A stretch of 64,000 nt of DNA from Balanoglossus misakiensis. Its lineage: Eukaryota; Animalia; Hemichordata. The translations under genes were made by a program, and so were the position numbers. The notes under the pieces are model-generated. The model had not been told where the DNA came from. It saw nothing but the letters and a program-made list of their open reading frames with translations, and searched no databases. Of this stretch, positions 38,388 through 51,800 are shown piece by piece; position 1 is the stretch's first letter; every line of letters starts with the position of its first letter. The DNA is taken from contig CM082593.2 of the NCBI GenBank assembly GCA_040954595.2, positions 2,205,830 through 2,269,829 of the forward strand. The letters are read 5' to 3'.

Positions 38388-41097
38388 TTGACTGAGATGT
38401 TATAACCCTTTCACCCCCGTTTCCCTGTATAGCGGTCCAGCACTGCCATTGAGAATAATGGAGGTGGACCAAACCATGGTGGTGATAAGGTTAAAGGGAG
38501 TTATAGGGGACAGCAAGGATATGCCACGGCTTATACATAGAAATTGCCAGTCATTTTATATTAGGTGGTTAACTCCCCTATCGTGTGGCAAGAATTGTTG
38601 GCCCACAACCACCTTCATCGCTCCCATCAGTGTTGTGTGTGAAGACACGTGAGGTGTTTATTTTTAACCGGGAACATGCTGCTGGCTTTTGAGTTTGCCC
38701 ACACACCCGCCAGTGAATAGGATAAACTTCTGTGGCTTCCTAATATTCCCAGTGGTTGGCATGTCATTGATTTTGTTCAGGGTGTTTTCCTGGTAACGGT
38801 TGCCAGGACTCCCTAGTCATTCTACTAGCGTTACCCTCGGTATATCAACATGATGACGGGTTCAATGGCAATGTTCTGCCTGTTCACAAATGTTGGCAAA
38901 ATCATGACATGTGAAAGGTTTACAGAAGAGTGTTGTCATAGAGAAATTGTCCCAAACATTTGGTCACATGGCCACAGTGTGTTTATTCTCCTCATTCTAG
39001 GGTCACCGTTTTGGTCAGAGGTTTTTACCAACACGAATCTGTGGCTGAGAACACCAGCTTGCTTTCAGTGGCACATGAATGAATGTGTGACCATTAACAT
39101 GATGTGACTCTAACAATCACTAGGGTGGGGGAGGGGGCTTTTGTATCCTGTTAAAATTTCATATCTGATTGCTGCTCAGTGACAGACCCACACCGGGAGT
39201 AGTCAAGATTTCTCTGTCAAACCGCCACTTCGAGAACAAACTTTTAAAATAATGGATAATTCTGAAAAGGTTCTTTCTCTCATAATCTTCAAATTAACAT
39301 TCCTTCCTCTGGCTTTCCCTGTCACTCTCCCCCTCGTGTCCTGTCTTCCAGAATAATTGGAGCTGTCTGTCTCACCATTGTAGAACAAAGGAACCTGTTT
39401 AAGTGACAGTAATTTACTGTTTCTGTTATTTCACTTGACCCTCTACACCCCTATTGAAATTATGGTACGATCCAGATGGACCTCATAATAATTAAATTCT
39501 AAGATATAAACAGAGGGTTGGATGTTTATGATGTGAACTGCTGAGATATACATTTTAAAAGAAACAACAACAATCAAAATTTGAACTTTTCTCGTGTGGT
39601 TTGTCTGTTCTATTTTTTAAGTGGCCAAAGGAATTTTACACTGAAGCCAATGTGTATTTTTTATGGTAAAACTGACAAAATATTGAGGAGTGAAATGTTA
39701 CCAGTACTTGTGCACCTTGGTGTGTGCTCTTTGATAACTTTACAGGGATGTTTTTTGTGGTATTGTCCATGGAAGGTACCAAACAGTAGTAGGGGTTCTC
39801 AGGGTTATAACTAGAGGGACATGATCTCTCTCCCAGGGTCAAGTGCATTACCATGGAGACAAGAAAACGAACAGCTATTTCATTTTTGCTTTTGTTTGTT
39901 TTTGTTTATTTTTTTAACAGCGTGGACAAATAGCTGTTCTGTTTATGATAAGGATATGCGATGATTATTATTATTTTTATATTTTAAGTCTGTGTTTGGG
40001 GGGGGGGGGGGAAATGGAACTCCATGACTGTGACAAAAACTACTGTTGGTGTCTCAGTTTTAGCTTGGTTTAACCCTTTTGGCTTTTTAAAATAAGTTTC
40101 TGTGTGTGAAGGGAACTGGTCATAATAAAGTGGACGTATGGGGAATTACAACTCTTCATATTTTTTTTTTTTAATTTTTAAAACATTGACAATGAAATAT
40201 AGGCATATTTTATTTCTGTGGTATTTGTTGCTGGTGTGCAAAGCATTCTGGGAAAAATGACATCATCCAAATGTTTGGGTGTGATTGGGTGATTTGGCTG
40301 GTTGTACTTACTGAAACAAATTAACATTCCACTCTGGGTTGGAAAATGTCCCTTTGAACAGAAAACTGTTCAGGCTGTGTCAATATCAAGGTTGAGGTTA
40401 CTAGGAACCTACCCTCCACTATGTAAGATGGTTGGGCTCTGTCTCTGTTTTCTTTGGGGTTTGGATCCACACACTGCTGAAATAGGGGTGGTGAAGGCGA
40501 GATGCTCACAAACGCGGTAGGGCACGTGTACTGTACAAGGAGTTTTGTGACTCGTCAGAGTTAAGTAGCGATGCAGTAAGGTTGTAGAGGGTCTTGGTAA
40601 AACTTTCCATACTACTCTCGTGAAGGACCTTGGTACCTTTTATGACCCTAACTTTGCCCAATGTCTCCTCAAAGCATAAATTACAAACACTCACGGCAGC
40701 CATGTTTTTATGTGTTAGCAACGGTTTATGACGTGTTCAGGAACAGTAGTCAACCACAGTTTCCCCCAGCAGTTTTCCCATCAGCTAAGCTGATAAACTG
40801 TAAATAACTTGTGTTGCTTTTATTTTTCTCACATTCACATTTATTTTTGTCCATTGCTGTAAATTTTGCTTTTTTGTACAGTTTCATAGCATACACATTA
40901 GCTTCTGTGTATCTTTTCTATATACCAATTCTAGCTGAATATCTGTAAATGTACTGTAAATACAGTGTGATTTTTGTTGGTGGTCTTTCATTTAGACTGA
41001 GTTATGTCTTCAGTACCCTGTTTTAAATGTATAAACCCAAAACCTGGTTCAAATCTTCCATGTTGTTCCGTTACATGTAGAGCTGCATTTGCTTGCT

Positions 41098-41103
41098 AAT
41101 AAA
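41098..41103 (+). terminator. Candidate proximal PTEN polyadenylation signal
   Basis: AATAAA at the end of a U-rich 2.7-kb tract after the PTEN stop, preceded by TGTAAATA elements at 40799 and 40955. Further AATAAA at about 41137, 43101 and 45034. Confidence 0.5.
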
Positions 41104-43566
41104 AGTAAAGTTGCTTTTATTTTTAAAGTAAAAAAAAATAAACAACATATCCAAACACGTTTTGTAAATATTACTCACTTCATATGATGCCATATATGGT
41201 AAACTGCTTTGTCCGTTTCTTGGTCTCTCGACCATGATACATCTCGATCATGCCTTGTGAAATTTCTGTGAAACAAATTTTGCTATTTTCTGGGGGAAAA
41301 ATCATCGCTATGCCTCTGCATACCAACTTACAATCATTCATTCATTCATCAAATGCAGCACTTGTGCACAAAAGCTGTGTGCATATCTTAATTTGATAGT
41401 CATTTTGTCTTGATGATGGCGTCCAAGAGTCAAAGTTCATCTGAGGTCAGAGGTCAGATTTCCCAATAATGCTCTATGGCTCATTCTGAATGAAAACAGT
41501 AAATGCTAGAGAATGCCACACCATGTTTTCGTATCAAATGACAGAACAAAACTGGGGTTTAAGACTTGTAACCAAAGATGTTTTTTCTTGTAGATTAAGA
41601 CCCAATAAGGATTATTTATGTCAAACAGAGGTGAAATCAGAAAGTGATTTGAAGGGACATTGCGTTTGTTTGCTGAATATGTCACTAAGTTGACATCCAT
41701 GGATACGAGCACAAAGAATACCAACCATCAGGGTTCTTGTCATCTGTGACGTATCTCTGCACTGTCAGCTAGGACACAATGCTTAGTTTACATAGGTTTT
41801 CAATTATATTCCTGCTAAACTTTCTACCAACTCACATGCAGGAAATGTATTTATGAGCAGCAAAAATTTGTCTTCATGCATGTGTGCCGGCTTTGTACAT
41901 ATTATTACTGTACGACAATGAAGAGAAAACACCCAAAATGAAAATATCAACATTTTTGTATCCAGTTTATATATTCCAGGACACATTCTTTTCCAGTTAG
42001 TGTGAACTTACATACTGAAGAACCAAGTTACATTTATGAAAATCATGTCTGATGAACAAAACTGAAGTCTGTTGTTGTGATATTAGACTCAACTTTTTCC
42101 ATTAAAAAGTAAATAAGACCGAAAACAAAAATTATAAAAAAATCAAAACATATTTATAGCCAAGTAGTTTGTCTGTAAGACATACATGTTTTGTAGTTAC
42201 ACACCAACAAACCAGAAAGGAGGATATTATAAAAGAGTGAACATGATTGGCTAGTAACACAAGTAGGCCTTGTATTCTTGACTGTGATTGGCCCAAACGA
42301 GAAATGGTGCTACTTGGAAAAGGAAAGTCTTTGTGGTTAGAGAATTTATACCTGTACATAACCTCACATTGGAGCAAAAAAATAAACAAACAAACCTTTA
42401 TTTTAGATGCATCTGTTGTCGTCTGTAGTTTTTCTTTCTTTCCTCCAGTGCATGTAATCATACGTAAATTTGGCCGTTAGCAACAAGGAAATCTGGAGGA
42501 AAGAGGTCACTTCATGTGTGAAAGTAATTCCCAAGTCATCCCCTGCAAAAGCAGATTCTGTTCAGCCATATCAAGTTTCCGGAGGCCTGATATTCAACAA
42601 ATCACACCATTAATATTTTACTTAAATTGGCCTGTAGGTGGTATCTCTAATAGGCAAATCCCTGTCTGAGGAGTGGACTCTTCCAGTATTAGCACTCCAC
42701 ACTTACATAAGCAAGAGTTTCCATTTTATTTTCAGGTAGATTTGGGGGGTTATCACTATACTTGAAATCTGTCACTTCCTGGCTTTGTCATCTTGCAAGC
42801 ATGTACTAACTGTTGGTCTGCTTCTGTCATCTGTGTACATCTTTCACCGCATGGCTTTATGTTGAGTTGATAACAAAATGGAGCATATGCACATTGCTTT
42901 TGCACTGTAGAAGTTTATATAGAGCAGTAGGGTGGCTGTGGTCTTGGACATACATTGGTATATATATTGTATATTTCTTCATTGGAATAGTCATGATTAA
43001 AATTGTAAACTGAACGTTTATTTTGGCCATGAACACTTTGAGTTTATTATTTGGCTTTGGCTGAAAGTACCATGTGTGACTGTTCTTAAGTTCACCTTTA
43101 AATAAAGACAATCACTTGTAGAATTTGAATATAATGTTAGTGCATTAAGCTGGACACAGGGTAGCCACTGTCTTCAGCATATTGGGCATCTCATTGTGTA
43201 CATTGTATGTATCCCACCACATCAAACACAGGCCTTGGACCTGGGAATATCCCATCACCCTTTGTTGCACAGGTTATTTTTTGGTAGGGGGGATGGGGAG
43301 GGTTTCACCCACATATACAAACTGTTAATATAACCGGCTGCATTTTAGCAGAGAATTACAGACATTTGCTTCCCAGTGAAATTGAAATGCAGTGAAGAAA
43401 ATGGTCGAAAAAGGACAGGTTTGGATCATGTGACAGTCTTTCTTTCCTGTCATTCTGACAACTATGACATAATGACACTTGGTTTTTGTAAATATCTGAA
43501 ATGAATGAAAAATTGGATGGATGTTATCATTTAAAGACTTACTGTGTATGTTGTGTTTGGTTTCAG

Positions 43567-43616
43567 GACGACGATATTGTCATAGAAACAGTCAATGCCT
43601 GACTACATACCTATGA
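43567..43616 (+). CDS. PTEN: Putative alternative terminal exon of PTEN encoding (G)RRYCHRNSQCLTTYL*
   Basis: Acceptor ttgtgtttggtttcag| at 43566/43567. In phase 1 it matches the internal donor TCAG|GTGCTG (38367/38368) of the last PTEN exon and ends in a class I PDZ-binding motif T-Y-L. Followed by an AT-rich UTR-like tract. Confidence 0.55.
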
Positions 43617-45599
43617 TATCCATACGAGACATTGAAGGCTGCAACAGAAGACATATTTATTTTTTCATTCCTGAAAATACCAGTGTTTGTTCTATGGAAT
43701 GTAAATATATAGTTATTTTTAAAACAAATCAGAGTTTATAAAATAGCTGTCTGAGACAGTGTGTTATGTGTGGTCATGTTTTTGTGTTTTTTTAGTAAGG
43801 AAATTAAGTAAATGTAAAAACATTGTGAAATTTTCGATGAAATTTGAATGGAACATCAAAAAGCTCAACCATTTTGCTATTTGTAAACATTCATTTTCTA
43901 GAATTTATTGCTCACTTTTTGAGATCCTTCAAGTCAACAAAGTCTACTCATTTGAAGCATGGAAAAGTCTTTGTATTTTAAAACCAACAAGCTTTACTAA
44001 ATTGATGCCATTGCTTTTTTTCAATATTTTTTGATAATCAAAGATAATTCAGACATCAGTGTGTTGTGATAAAAAAATGAAGAGAAATCAGCAGAAGAAA
44101 ATGATGGTTTATTCTTGATCAATTTTGATCAACATTATTGTATGCTTGACCCAATTGATGAGACTTTCTTGAATTGATTTGCCAAAAAAGTTTCAGGCCA
44201 ATAGCAGAGTATGTGAACACATAGTCATTTGAAATGTTGGGCCCAAACTATTGCAATATTTTGACATTGTTTCTGATTCTTGCTTTTGTATATTTATCTA
44301 AAACCAAAATGACACATTCACCTCTTTTTCTTAAAACTTGTCAGCTTTTCATGATCAGCGAAAATGTCTGCTTGTTGAGTCTTACCAGACTGAAGTATAT
44401 ACTGAAATATTCTGATATTCAAACGTTTTCTACTAACAGACTTAATCATGCTTGCTAATTTTTGGGGACACAATGTTTTTTCTTTATTCTATCATGAGTC
44501 CAGTCTAAGGATTATTCGTTTTGTGTGCTTATGTTTTGTTTGTTTTGATGATAAAATGTTGTTTTAACTGAATTTGAAAGAAAGAAGAACTCCTTGTATA
44601 TTTTCTACTGTTTCTAAAATGTTATGTACAGTATATATTGTACTGCCGTTTACCATTTACACAAGAAGGTTTTGGGAATATTTAATGTTTACATGGAAAC
44701 TCATTACATCATTTTTCAAATTTTATGATCAAGATTACATGTTGTAGATAATAATGTTGTGTAGAGTTTTGATCAAGACTGACTGGTCTATGGGGTGTAG
44801 TAATTTTACATTTACATACACGTTCATATCCAACAGTCAAGTTTCCATGACAACCTGAATAAAATAACTCAGATGAATGAGTGTTACAACTACATGTTTG
44901 CAGACTGACACATGTTTGAATCAGGGTTTCATAATCATCAACATCTTTTTCTTGCAAGAAAATAATTTGGGACAAACGCGATATATATAAAGCATGCCCT
45001 CAACAGTCACAAACCTAAACAAACCTTCATGGAAATAAATATTGCCATCGTTGAGGGCGTATTGTATCATCTCATGATAACACAGATCTTTTCGAAAAAA
45101 TTGCGGTCTAAGTCTTCAACAAACCTCATGTCTTTCTCCAAGACAGCGAAACCAATCTTTTGAGTTTCATGCGGTCAAATTTTAGCAGCTCAAAATCATA
45201 CTCATTTATGTCCTTTAAAACAAACAGAAACTTGTCAGTTTCACCTGTGAACTTAAACCGACAGCTGCTGATACTACATGGTCATAGTGTGTATATAACA
45301 AATTGGTATTTCTTGCTATTCCTGTCGTTTCATCTTAAGAAGTTGCCGTTGTGTCTATTCATGTTTACACCTAAGGAAACATCTTATTTCTGACAATGTT
45401 GAATCAGGCTACACTACAGTCAGTGTGATTCCTGTGCCTGTGGTCGTACATGTACAGTACTATCACGTACCATGATTTTTTATTGAATAGGCAAGTCATA
45501 AATACATCCTACATATTAAATACGAATTTCCCAACAATAACAGGAAGGCTTGTGCCCAGTGTTATAAATAAACTTAGGATGCGCCACTTGAAATCATCT

Positions 45600-45998
45600 G
45601 CTTGAAGTTCAGACGAAGTTCCCATGACGTCATTGTGCGCAAAGGGGTCCCCACATTAGCTTAGTACCTGCGCAGATCAATTTCACCGGTGTATTGGACT
45701 ACTGTTATATGACCCATAAAAACACTACCGAATTCCTTCATTGTTGTCGTTTTTATGAAGCTGGTTGAACGGAAAGGTAGCCCACCCATTTAAGAAGGTT
45801 ATATTCTAACCGGTTAGTGCGATTTTGTTCCAGTTGAAGGAAGAGTAGGGAATCGCAAAGGTGTGTGAGTTCGAATCGACGCCACTCTTCTACAGACTAC
45901 AGTTCATGTAGGCAGCTGTTTTGTATATTGAAAACATCACGCGATCAACGACTAACGTTTGTTCACAGATTCATTAGTGTGGCCGCATGTTATTCAGG
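45600..45998 (+). promoter_or_regulatory. Candidate promoter and first exon of the CCSER-like gene
   Basis: CpG content recovers here after the CpG-poor PTEN body; TGACGTCA at 45625; GACTACAGTTC near 45895; strong donor CAGG|GTAAGT at 45998/45999. Confidence 0.5.
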
Positions 45999-46113
45999 GT
46001 AAGTATTCGATAGTTTGATTTATATTTAAGTCCATCGTTCCCCCACATACACTGGTGTATGCCACTCCTTCGAATCGGACAGAGAGCTACCGTGTGAAAC
46101 GCCTTTAATTGTT

Positions 46114-46426
46114 TATTATATTACACCAGTATATTGATGGTGTAAATCACGCTATTTGATTGGTCGAGACACGACACGTGACCGTGATATATTAGCCATA
46201 TACCACAGTCATATATCATAGTCAATGAAAATGCCTTTTAAAAATGTTTTATGCAAAGTTTCAATATACTGGCATAATATAATAGCAATAAAACACCCCC
46301 AGCCATGGTATACCACTCGATTTTGACCAGTTCAACTCCATATACGCACTCGCTATCGCTCGTGCGTATATGTCGTGAACTGGTCAAAATCTCCTGGTAT
46401 ACCATGGCTGGGGGTGTTTTATTGCT
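46114..46426. mobile_element. Non-autonomous hairpin element with two inverted-repeat modules (MITE- or Crypton-like)
   Basis: IR pair 46114-46137 / 46261-46284 (22/24 complementary) followed by a 143-nt near-perfect fold-back 46284-46426 whose outer 32 bp pair perfectly. Confidence 0.75.
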
Positions 46427-48837
46427 TAATTAACGGTTACCCTTAGCAGAACGTGAAGACACACCGTACAGAACGATTTTTACGACTTTTGTTGTGTCAT
46501 CCAAAGGCCATATGTTGGTAAATACGTCCTGACTTGACCGACTCAGTCGAGTGCGGATTAAAATGTACAAATTGAGATCCTGCATTCATTTGATTTATAT
46601 CAGACCCCTATGCTGGTGACCTTATTGTTGTCGCAAACAATGTCAAGGTGTTATTTAGATTTCTATACATGTCAAAGTACAGTTACATATCAAACGATTG
46701 GTCAGTTATCGCAAGACATATCTTCCCTCAAGCTAACGGTTCGTGACTAACGGTCACAGACACCCCTTTATAATTGTCTTGACAAAATCAAAGAGACGCC
46801 ACAATTTTTTTTCCTGTGCGAGTGAATAATTGTTTCGGGTTATTCCCTGTTGACTGTCTCTGCACGTCACGCGACTTCTATACTTAGTCTAGTCATAACC
46901 AGATTATAATGCTGGGTTCAGCCACTTCCGCATATGTGGAGGTTTTTGTAAGTTAAGATCATGTTTGTGTGAAGGCGCTGTCGTCTAGAGAAAGTGTAAT
47001 GGGTTAGGTTTCCTGAAATCAAACACTCAGTTTGGAGCAATGCATTTGTGGTCGAGAAGACGAATTTGCAATAATTGTCTATCATGTAATACATACATAC
47101 AAATTCTGTTTTGTGTTCTATTTGATTTTATCTAGTTTACTTTGTTGTATCGCAGTATGGTGATAAATTGCCCAATGTGTGTCAGTGGTGGCTATTTCTT
47201 CAGTAATTAAGTGGACCTCCCTCATTCAGTGATAATTAGAAGCATGATAACATAGAGTGCTGTTGTCATGGAGACAGTCTGCCAGAGTAATTAGAGAAGT
47301 GGTAAAAATCCGAAATTTGTCAATTTCACATGAAATTCCTCAATTGGATTATCTTTTGTCATGTGACTTACTATCCACACAATCTGACATGTTTGTTACG
47401 GTGCATGTTTATTCCCGTAATGCACAACTTGTCTGGGAGATGCATTCACAACATTCTACAGATAATATGAGATAATTAAATCTGATGATAAAAATACCAG
47501 AATATCTGACCAAGGTTCAGTTGGTCCACGGCTTGCAAGTTGAAGCCATTTGCAGTTGGCTGTTTGTCAGTAAGGTTTGGGGCACGCGGATTTTGTTCGA
47601 TCACTTCATGCTGGGCAAAATCATGGAAGGTAAGGGTTTAGAGGAGGATTGATACTAACTCTGCCACTATCTGTGTTTTCAACACTGCCTGCATTTAACA
47701 TGTACACCTCAGTGAATTCCTGGTAAATAAGGCATTATAGTTGAACAGTATGGCGTCTGGTTTATTCTGCTGTTCTGATTCGATTAGGAGAAAAATGCGT
47801 TTGGCCACAGGGTCAGGTTATGTCATTACAACGTCGCATGACGTGGGGAATTTTGTGGGGTAAACAACTCTCATGCCCATCCAGGTAGGAGATAATGACA
47901 GGCTAGGGAATGGACCATTAAGTCGTAGGGGGGAAGGGGTGTGGAAAGTGAAGGGAACAAATTCATGTGAATGTGAAATGAACTATGTACAGTTGTATTC
48001 AGAAACAAATCGTGCACTTTTATCTGAGTTCTCTCGTTGAACAATCAGATCTTCAAGTTTGATAAAATATCCACGTCGTCTGACCAACTTCACTCCAAGG
48101 ATATAATGATACACCCCTTTTAGAAATTTGCTTGTGCCCGTTTTGTGAGTGAGTCACATGACTCGATCAGTATCATCATCTACAATGGTGTTCTTGTAAT
48201 AAATATTTATCGCTGAAACCCTGAGTAAAGGACGACACACCCACTAATCGAAATGTGATGGTGTCATTGAAAAGTAATGGGCTACTTCAAGGCAACACTC
48301 CCCCAAGACCTCTCTGTTGTGTCTTGGAAGATTACTGTACATACCGAGAAGTGACACATGAAACAAAATATCCGTTTGAGGAAATATGTCATGAAAAGTT
48401 GGACTTGACATTGAACCATCAGTCAGTCATGACCTTGACTGTAGTCTTCTCACAGTTGAACTGTCTATTCAACCAGAATGTACCTGAAAAAAATAACTGA
48501 CACACCCTAGCAACTTCTATTGTCTGTGTGTTACGTACAACATTAATTCTGGCTATGTTGAATTTCTCTCCTGAGATACAGAAGGCAGAAGGTGTCCTCT
48601 CAGAAATGATCACACACTTTGTTCTCTGGCATCAAACACCGCCATTTATCAAAGCCCAGTTTGTACACGTAATCAGTGAATATCGTAATTCATATTTGTT
48701 TGTTTTTTTCCTCTATGATTTCAGATGGGCTAGAAACAGAACGGCCAGTCAAAAATGGTTGTCATCGATGTCCATCCAACAAAACTATCTGTTTACTTGT
48801 ACTTACGCAGACAAGAGAGATATTTACACCTTTCACA

Positions 48838-51800
48838 ATGTCGGACAGTCCAGAAATCGCACCGCTGACAGCTTCGTTTGAGAAGTTGCCAAATAAGCCA
48901 AGGGGAAAGGCGTCGTTCATGTCCCGTCTGCCGTCACTCCGACGGAAAAAGTCCAAATCCCCCGAACACAGGCAAGCAGAAACAGACAGAGCAACTTCGA
49001 GAAAAGAAAGGAAAGACAGTAAAAAGTCGAAGAAGGGGAAAGCGCCCCAGCAGATGATGGCAACTCAGTTTGCGACAACAAAGTTCACTCCGTATTACCG
49101 ATCTCCGCAGTCACAAGGGAACTATAAAGGGCCATCGCTGCAGAGTATACAGATGGTCTCAAAGACGTCTGAAAAAGTGGCACAATACGAGAACAGGGTG
49201 TCAACTTTGAAGGCGCAGGAAGAACGGTCGAATCCAAAATACAGACCGAAAATGGAGAGGGAGAAGAATGGATGTGGGCCGCGAGTTTTCGGCGAGGAGG
49301 TCAAAGCGAAAAGTTCTCGGTTTGGCTTCCTGGGTAGCTCTAGAAACTCCACTTCCTCAAATGAGAGTGCGTCATCTTTTACCCTTGCCAATGACGAAAA
49401 CAAAGCACCCTTGAGTTCTGAGGAAAAGATTCCAGATTCGGAATCGGGTCCGAGTGTGATTCCATCACTGATCACATCCAAGTCAACATCACCCTCGGGT
49501 CAGCCTGTTTCTCGGTTACCCACCAAACTGCCATCAAGTTCACCCCAGTGTGCGACAGCTGCACCGCTGCCAACATCGTCATCAAAATCTTCAACGAACG
49601 GCACAAAGGTTTACGGAAAACCGCTGCTGTATAAGAGCGTGTTCTCGACCGAGGAGACGAACACTCCGGGGCTCAAACCAAGCTTGTTGTTGACTGACAA
49701 GCAAAAACAAGCAAACACCTCTGATCAGATTCTGCCACAGACTCAGAAAGTGATGAGACCCACAGCAAAACATACTGGTCATGTAGCGGCGAGTTTTGTT
49801 GGAGATTCTTCCAACAGTGACGGTCATAGAATTATTGAAGTTTCAAGAAATGAAGGTGCCTCTCAACACAGTAGGGCAAATAAACATGTGACAATTGTGG
49901 ATGTGCAGATAACACCAGTGTCGGCCAACCATGTAGAAAGCCAAGGAATTTGTAATGGCTGGAAGGAGGAGGAAACAGACCGGCATAGGGGGAAGCTGGG
50001 GGAACAAGATATTCCCGATGCCAGGCGACTGGAACTCTATGAAATATTTACCACAGAAAAGGACAAAATTTCCAAAAATGACTCATTTACAAAAAATCCA
50101 AAACCACTACAAAAAGTGGGAATCAATGCATCTACTAAACAGAGTACACATCCAGGGTGCAAAGCAGAGATGACAGTTGCAAACGGCATCATGGGAAGCC
50201 CAGAGAAGCAGCCAGTTCTTGCAGAGGAAAGTTTATCAACACCTTCATTGGAAACAAAAAACTTAGAGTCTGCAGCAGATGGCAGTAGACTTACGGCCAG
50301 GAGGAATATATTGAAACCAAGGTTTGAGAGTGAAGTTTCTAATGGTGCAGCAGAGCCAGATTTTCATGAGATGGATTTTACGACAAGCACGCCTTCGAGC
50401 AAGGCGTCCAAACCTACAGGCTATGTGCGAATGAGTGAAAGTCCGAATAAAGAGCTGCTGGCCTCTGTACGGTACAAAATTGACCATGCGTTTGGAGGAA
50501 AGGGGATGTCGCCACGGAAAGTCGCTAAACACGTGTCCATCGAAGAGCCGGGGAAAGAGGCACTGGAGGAAAGCTACAGCAAACACGAATGGTTGCCGGG
50601 GGCCACTATGTGCCAGTCACCGGAGAAGACCATATTGAAAGCATCCAAGTTTTCTGAGGGTCAGCTGAAAAACCCCAAACTGAGTGAATTAAGATCTGAA
50701 TCCATTGATTTAGATTTTGATTTAGATTCACTGGCATCAGATGATTTGATGTGCGATGAATATTTTATTGATGATGACGACGAGGCGTTTCTGACCAAAA
50801 GTGCGGGACATGGTGATCTGTATGAAAGAGGATACAAGCCTAGGAGTGGACTTCGAGAAAGGGCATCAAGTTTTGAAGAGAAAATTGAGAAAAGGTAAGG
50901 AGACTCTATACATATCGACGGTTTCTGTCTTTGCATATGTGTCCATATAACGGGAAAAGGTCTGATGTCTAGTGAGTATGATATTCTGCTTGGTGGTAAA
51001 AATACCAAATCATTAGCAGTATGGTTCATGTCCTTATTTTGGATCAAAGCATGACAGATTGATCAACAGGTGGTTTTGTCAGTGTCCAACTGTGGAAGAT
51101 AAAAATGATACCTCATGAATATTTATTCTGTGATTTTCCAATGTGACCTCAGCTGTGCTCAGATTAAAAAGGTCAAAATAGCTACAGAAATACAAACTGA
51201 TCATACATGCATACACAGTACATGACACACACACACAGACATTTTGTACTCATCAAATATGCTATATTTTTCAGATGATGATATAACGTTATCTTGTCTC
51301 ATAACTGTGGTGCAGTTCTAATTAACTGCACCACTGTATTCACGAATGTTTTTCACAAAAATATCTGTGTGAAATTAGCCTAATTATCAATAAAACCTGT
51401 CCATCAGTACAGTCAGTTGAAGTGTGTAATAAGTACAATAATTAGGAAAAATATGAATATCGGGTCAGCTATATTAATTTCCGTATGGAAAGAATTTTAC
51501 TCGAATAATTGCCAGAAGTAAAAGAAACTAGCCCTATTGAGACTCCTAATTAAGGGCCATCTTTTCTTTAAAATGTATGAATTATTAAGTGCCAGTAAAA
51601 TTAATATCACCACTGGCAGTCACGAATTTTATTTATAGAATAGTACAAAAATTTGCATATATGCATTACCTCATTCAGCCCTTTGTTTGGCATGTGGGTA
51701 GGTCACATCTGGTCTGTGTTTCTCTATGTGAGAGGTTTTGTCGACCGGGGGAAGCCATGCCCTGTTTAAAATGCCCATGTCTGTAGGTATATGATTTTCT

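Noticed and set aside
42305-42312. TGGTGCTA, a miR-29-type 8-mer site downstream of PTEN
   Set aside because: Single 8-mer beyond the first poly(A) signal; chance occurrence is likely without conservation data.
45840-45890. tRNA-like sequence with GTTCGAATC and a 7-bp GAAGAGT/ACTCTTC stem
   Set aside because: Only 51 nt, no D or anticodon arm, T-stem does not pair; at most a decayed fragment.
48762-51047. Antisense and alternate-frame ORFs overlapping the large CCSER exon (similar cases at 13792-14076, 53977-54321, 63658-63906)
   Set aside because: Shadows of real coding exons on the other strand or frame.
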